In this document: one piece after another, positions 26,793 to 29,303 of the stretch
How positions within the stretch are numbered: the stretch's first letter is position 1
Layout of the letters: the number at the start of each line of letters is the position of its first letter
IMG/VR virus record: IMGVR_UViG_3300044448_000841
Location: 1-29,303 of that record
Length of the DNA stretch: 29,303 bases
Source of the DNA: a virus
Lineage: Duplodnaviria > Caudoviricetes
Direction: 5' to 3' (one strand)
Position numbers and translations under genes: made by a program
The notes under the pieces: generated by a model
Database searches by the model: none
Seen by the model: only the letters and a program-made list of their open reading frames with translations
Told to the model about the DNA's origin: nothing

Positions 26793-27443
26793 ATGACGTG
26801 GCAAAACAGGGCGTTGTGCAGCAATATGCCGATAAACTTATTCTTTCCCGGTACAGATAGTCGTACTGATAAACAATATTGGGAAACACATACAATGTGT
26901 CGTGAGTGTCCAGTAAACATAGATTGTTTAAGCTACGCATTAGAACAAGACTTAGAATATGGATTATATTGCTTACCAGAACGTGTAAGACGTAGATTTA
27001 AAACAAAACCACCAAAAGACTTGCTAAAGACAATGCAAGAAACATTTACTACATTAGATATTATTGAAGCTGAGTACGATTATCACGGTAAGTTAGTAAA
27101 GAAACGTTGTTTGCGTTGTAATAGAAAGACACGTGGATTTGCAAGAGATAATGAAAATTGGGGTGCAAAAAGTCATATATGCGTAAGTTGTCATATAGAA
27201 ATACAAAACAACAAGCAAGTAGATAAATTATTAGATCGTGAGAAACCAAGTAAGTCAAGACCAGAGTTTGATAGCTATGGACAGCTGGTAAGTAAATGCT
27301 GCACTAAATGTGGCGAAAGAAAGGTTGCACAAGAGTTTAGTAAACGACCACAAGGCATTGGTGGTAAAACAAGTTGGTGTAAAGCGTGTACAAGAAAAAA
27401 TTTAGAGTTATGGCAACAAAAACAAAATAAAAAGGTAAAGTAG
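26793..27443 (+). CDS. whiB: WhiB-family Fe-S transcription factor fused to two C4 zinc-finger repeats
   Basis: W...ALC......LFFP...CRECPV...CL.YAL...G; two KxCxxC...CxxC repeats. Confidence 0.8.
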   Translation: MTWQNRALCSNMPINLFFPGTDSRTDKQYWETHTMCRECPVNIDCLSYALEQDLEYGLYCLPERVRRRFKTKPPKDLLKTMQETFTTLDIIEAEYDYHGKLVKKRCLRCNRKTRGFARDNENWGAKSHICVSCHIEIQNNKQVDKLLDREKPSKSRPEFDSYGQLVSKCCTKCGERKVAQEFSKRPQGIGGKTSWCKACTRKNLELWQQKQNKKVK

Positions 27444-27460
27444 ATACAAAGGAGTGTTAA

Positions 27461-28198
27461 ATGATTACCAAAACTAAACCTAGACCGTGGACAAAACAAG
27501 ATATATCTGAATTAAAAGATTTAAAAGAAAAAGGTTATAAAAATCAAACAATAGCTTTTATATTGGAACGTAGTGAAGTATCTATACAAATAAAGTGGAA
27601 ACGCTTACATAAAAAAGACAACACCTACAACAAAGAACACCAATTAGAGAAATATGAAACTAACAAAGAATTTATTGACACAATACAACCAAGTAGTGTT
27701 TTAGATTTGTACGCAGGTGAAAAACCTTACTATTTAGAATTAATTAAAGAACTAAATGATTTAAACGAAAATCCATTTAAAACAGTAGTTACTAACGATA
27801 AAGAAAAAGACTACGTAATAAATAATTACAATGATGACGCTTTAAAAGTATTATGCAAACTATATTATGAAAACAAAAAGTTTGATTTAATTGACTTAGA
27901 TCCATTTGGAAGTGCTTATGAGTGTTTTGATTTAGCAATAAAAATGGCTAAAAAAGGTTTAATAATTACTTATGGTGAAATGGGACACAAGCGTTGGAAA
28001 CGATTGGATTATGTAGAAAGATTTTACAATATAAGTACATTAGAAGAATTTACAATAGATAAGATGATTGCTAAAACGCAAAAGATTGGCACACAAAATA
28101 AAAAAGCATTAGTACCAATATTTGTCAGAGAGTGGCGAAATATAGCACGTGTTTATTATTCAATAGAACAGATAAAGTTAAATCCGTGGAAAAAATAA
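27461..28198 (+). CDS. Myb/SANT-like HTH fused to SAM-dependent amino-methyltransferase
   Basis: WTKQD..L...G...IA..L.RS..SI..KW; VLDLYAG; FDLIDLDPFG. Confidence 0.7.
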   Translation: MITKTKPRPWTKQDISELKDLKEKGYKNQTIAFILERSEVSIQIKWKRLHKKDNTYNKEHQLEKYETNKEFIDTIQPSSVLDLYAGEKPYYLELIKELNDLNENPFKTVVTNDKEKDYVINNYNDDALKVLCKLYYENKKFDLIDLDPFGSAYECFDLAIKMAKKGLIITYGEMGHKRWKRLDYVERFYNISTLEEFTIDKMIAKTQKIGTQNKKALVPIFVREWRNIARVYYSIEQIKLNPWKK

Positions 28199-28803
28199 AC
28201 ACAATAGAATTATTTGCAGGTAGTTGTAGCTTTAGCAACGTTGCAAAGAATTACAATATTAATACATTTACAGTTGATAATGTTCAATACGGCAAAATAG
28301 ATTATGTAGTTGATATTTTAGAATTTGATTACAACAAAATACCTTACGACAAGGTAGATTTTATTTGGGCAAGTCCACCGTGTACAGCGTTTAGTGTTGC
28401 AAGTATGTGGCGACATTGGACAAAAGATAATAAACCTAAAAGCGAAACAGGTATTATGGGTAAAAAGTTAGTACAAAAAACTTTAGAAATTATTAATGAA
28501 ATACAACCTACGAAAGGTTGGATTATAGAAAATCCAATGGGTAAATTAAGAAAGTTAGATATTATTGACAATAAATATTTACATACAGTAACTTATTGCC
28601 AGTATGGACACCCCAATATGAAATATACAGATTTATGGACTAATTTACAATGGACACCTAGACCACAATGCAAAGTAGGTATGCCGTGTCACGAAGCTGC
28701 ACCACGTGGTTCATATAAAGGTACACTTGCACAAAAAAATGCGTATGAAAGAAGCAAAGTACCTAATGACTTATGCAAAGAGATAGTAGAATTAATTTTA
28801 TGA
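28186..28803 (+). CDS. DNA cytosine-5 methyltransferase
   Basis: IELFAG, WASPPC, IIENP motifs; GTG 28186 preferred start. Confidence 0.85.
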   Translation: MEKINTIELFAGSCSFSNVAKNYNINTFTVDNVQYGKIDYVVDILEFDYNKIPYDKVDFIWASPPCTAFSVASMWRHWTKDNKPKSETGIMGKKLVQKTLEIINEIQPTKGWIIENPMGKLRKLDIIDNKYLHTVTYCQYGHPNMKYTDLWTNLQWTPRPQCKVGMPCHEAAPRGSYKGTLAQKNAYERSKVPNDLCKEIVELIL

Positions 28804-28833
28804 TATTTGATGAAGTAATATTAGATGACTTAG

Positions 28834-29181
28834 ATGAAGAATTACCAAAGACCGTGTCTAAAGTGTCGTAGGTTATTTACACCAGACAACAACAGTAGAA
28901 GTTATTGTCCAGAACATAAGCCAATAATAAAACCTAAGCGTAAATATAACTATCCTAAAGGCAAACGTGCTTATGATGACGCAGAATATAGACGCAATCG
29001 TAAGATAATAAGACAACAACAAAGGTTCTGCGTATGGTGTGGAACAGGTGGAACAAGTCAAAACAAGCTACAAGTTGACCATATAATACCATTAAGTAAG
29101 TCTGGTACGCACGATTTAAGTAATTTGCGTATATTGTGCCAACTATGCCATAAAAAGCGTCAAGGTGTTGCACATAGGTAA
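28834..29181 (+). CDS. HNH endonuclease (HK97 gp74-like terminase cofactor)
   Basis: CVWCG, VDHIIPLSKSG, NLRILCQLCH; last gene before terS. Confidence 0.92.
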   Translation: MKNYQRPCLKCRRLFTPDNNSRSYCPEHKPIIKPKRKYNYPKGKRAYDDAEYRRNRKIIRQQQRFCVWCGTGGTSQNKLQVDHIIPLSKSGTHDLSNLRILCQLCHKKRQGVAHR

Positions 29182-29280
29182 ATATGCCATAAATAGCTAT
29201 AAATGGCTAAAAACCCCAAAAACATAGGGTTTAGGGGGTATAGGGGGTAGTATGTTTTTTTTACGTAAGATACCTACCAC

Positions 29281-29294
29281 CCCAAACGTAGTTA
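29281..29294 (+). repeat. 14-nt direct repeat CCCAAACGTAGTTA, matches 8-21
   Basis: Exact match. Confidence 0.65.
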
Positions 29295-29303
29295 TTCCAT
29301 CCA

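Noticed and set aside
23616-28185. Longer starts at 23616, 25215 and 28132 in the ORF track
   Set aside because: They create long overlaps; downstream starts at 23631, 25314 and 28186 fit coupling and motif positions better
1024-29061. All minus-strand ORFs in the provided track
   Set aside because: They shadow well-supported + strand genes, lack recognisable motifs and mirror + strand codon bias
16410-29173. Alternate-frame + strand ORFs (16410, 16659, 17811, 21896, 28955)
   Set aside because: Nested within or antisense to stronger genes; by-products of low-complexity or biased sequence
1-29303. Stop-codon reassignment, tRNA genes, integrase/repressor, introns or inteins
   Set aside because: Genes tile densely under code 11 with all three stops used; no cloverleaf, recombinase motif or interrupted core gene was seen

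Overview
The window looks like an essentially complete (or nearly complete) ~29.3 kb, AT-rich, HK97-type tailed phage genome (siphovirus architecture) with every credible gene on the + strand. The order is terminase small/large, portal, multi-domain prohead protease, major capsid, head-tail genes, two paralogous tail-tube genes, frameshifting tail chaperone, short tape measure, tail-tip/fibre cassette, a large acidic membrane protein, metallophosphoesterase, amidase and holin. An early region follows, with a replication initiator containing iterons, four DNA methyltransferase-like genes, a lytic transglycosylase, a WhiB-zinc-finger fusion and a terminal HNH endonuclease. WhiB plus low GC suggests a low-GC aquatic actinobacterial host (inference). 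I saw no integrase, repressor, DNA polymerase, tRNA or CRISPR. The most notable unannotated signal is a candidate ~65 nt minus-strand small RNA (about 21151-21216). It has its own extended -10 box and terminator, exposes an anti-Shine-Dalgarno CUCC loop, and is complementary to the leaders of five phage genes. Two of those genes sit in matching promoter-ORF-terminator cassettes. The genome also shows strong synonymous avoidance of several short motifs, which marks out recently acquired segments. All motif counts are by eye and need computational confirmation.
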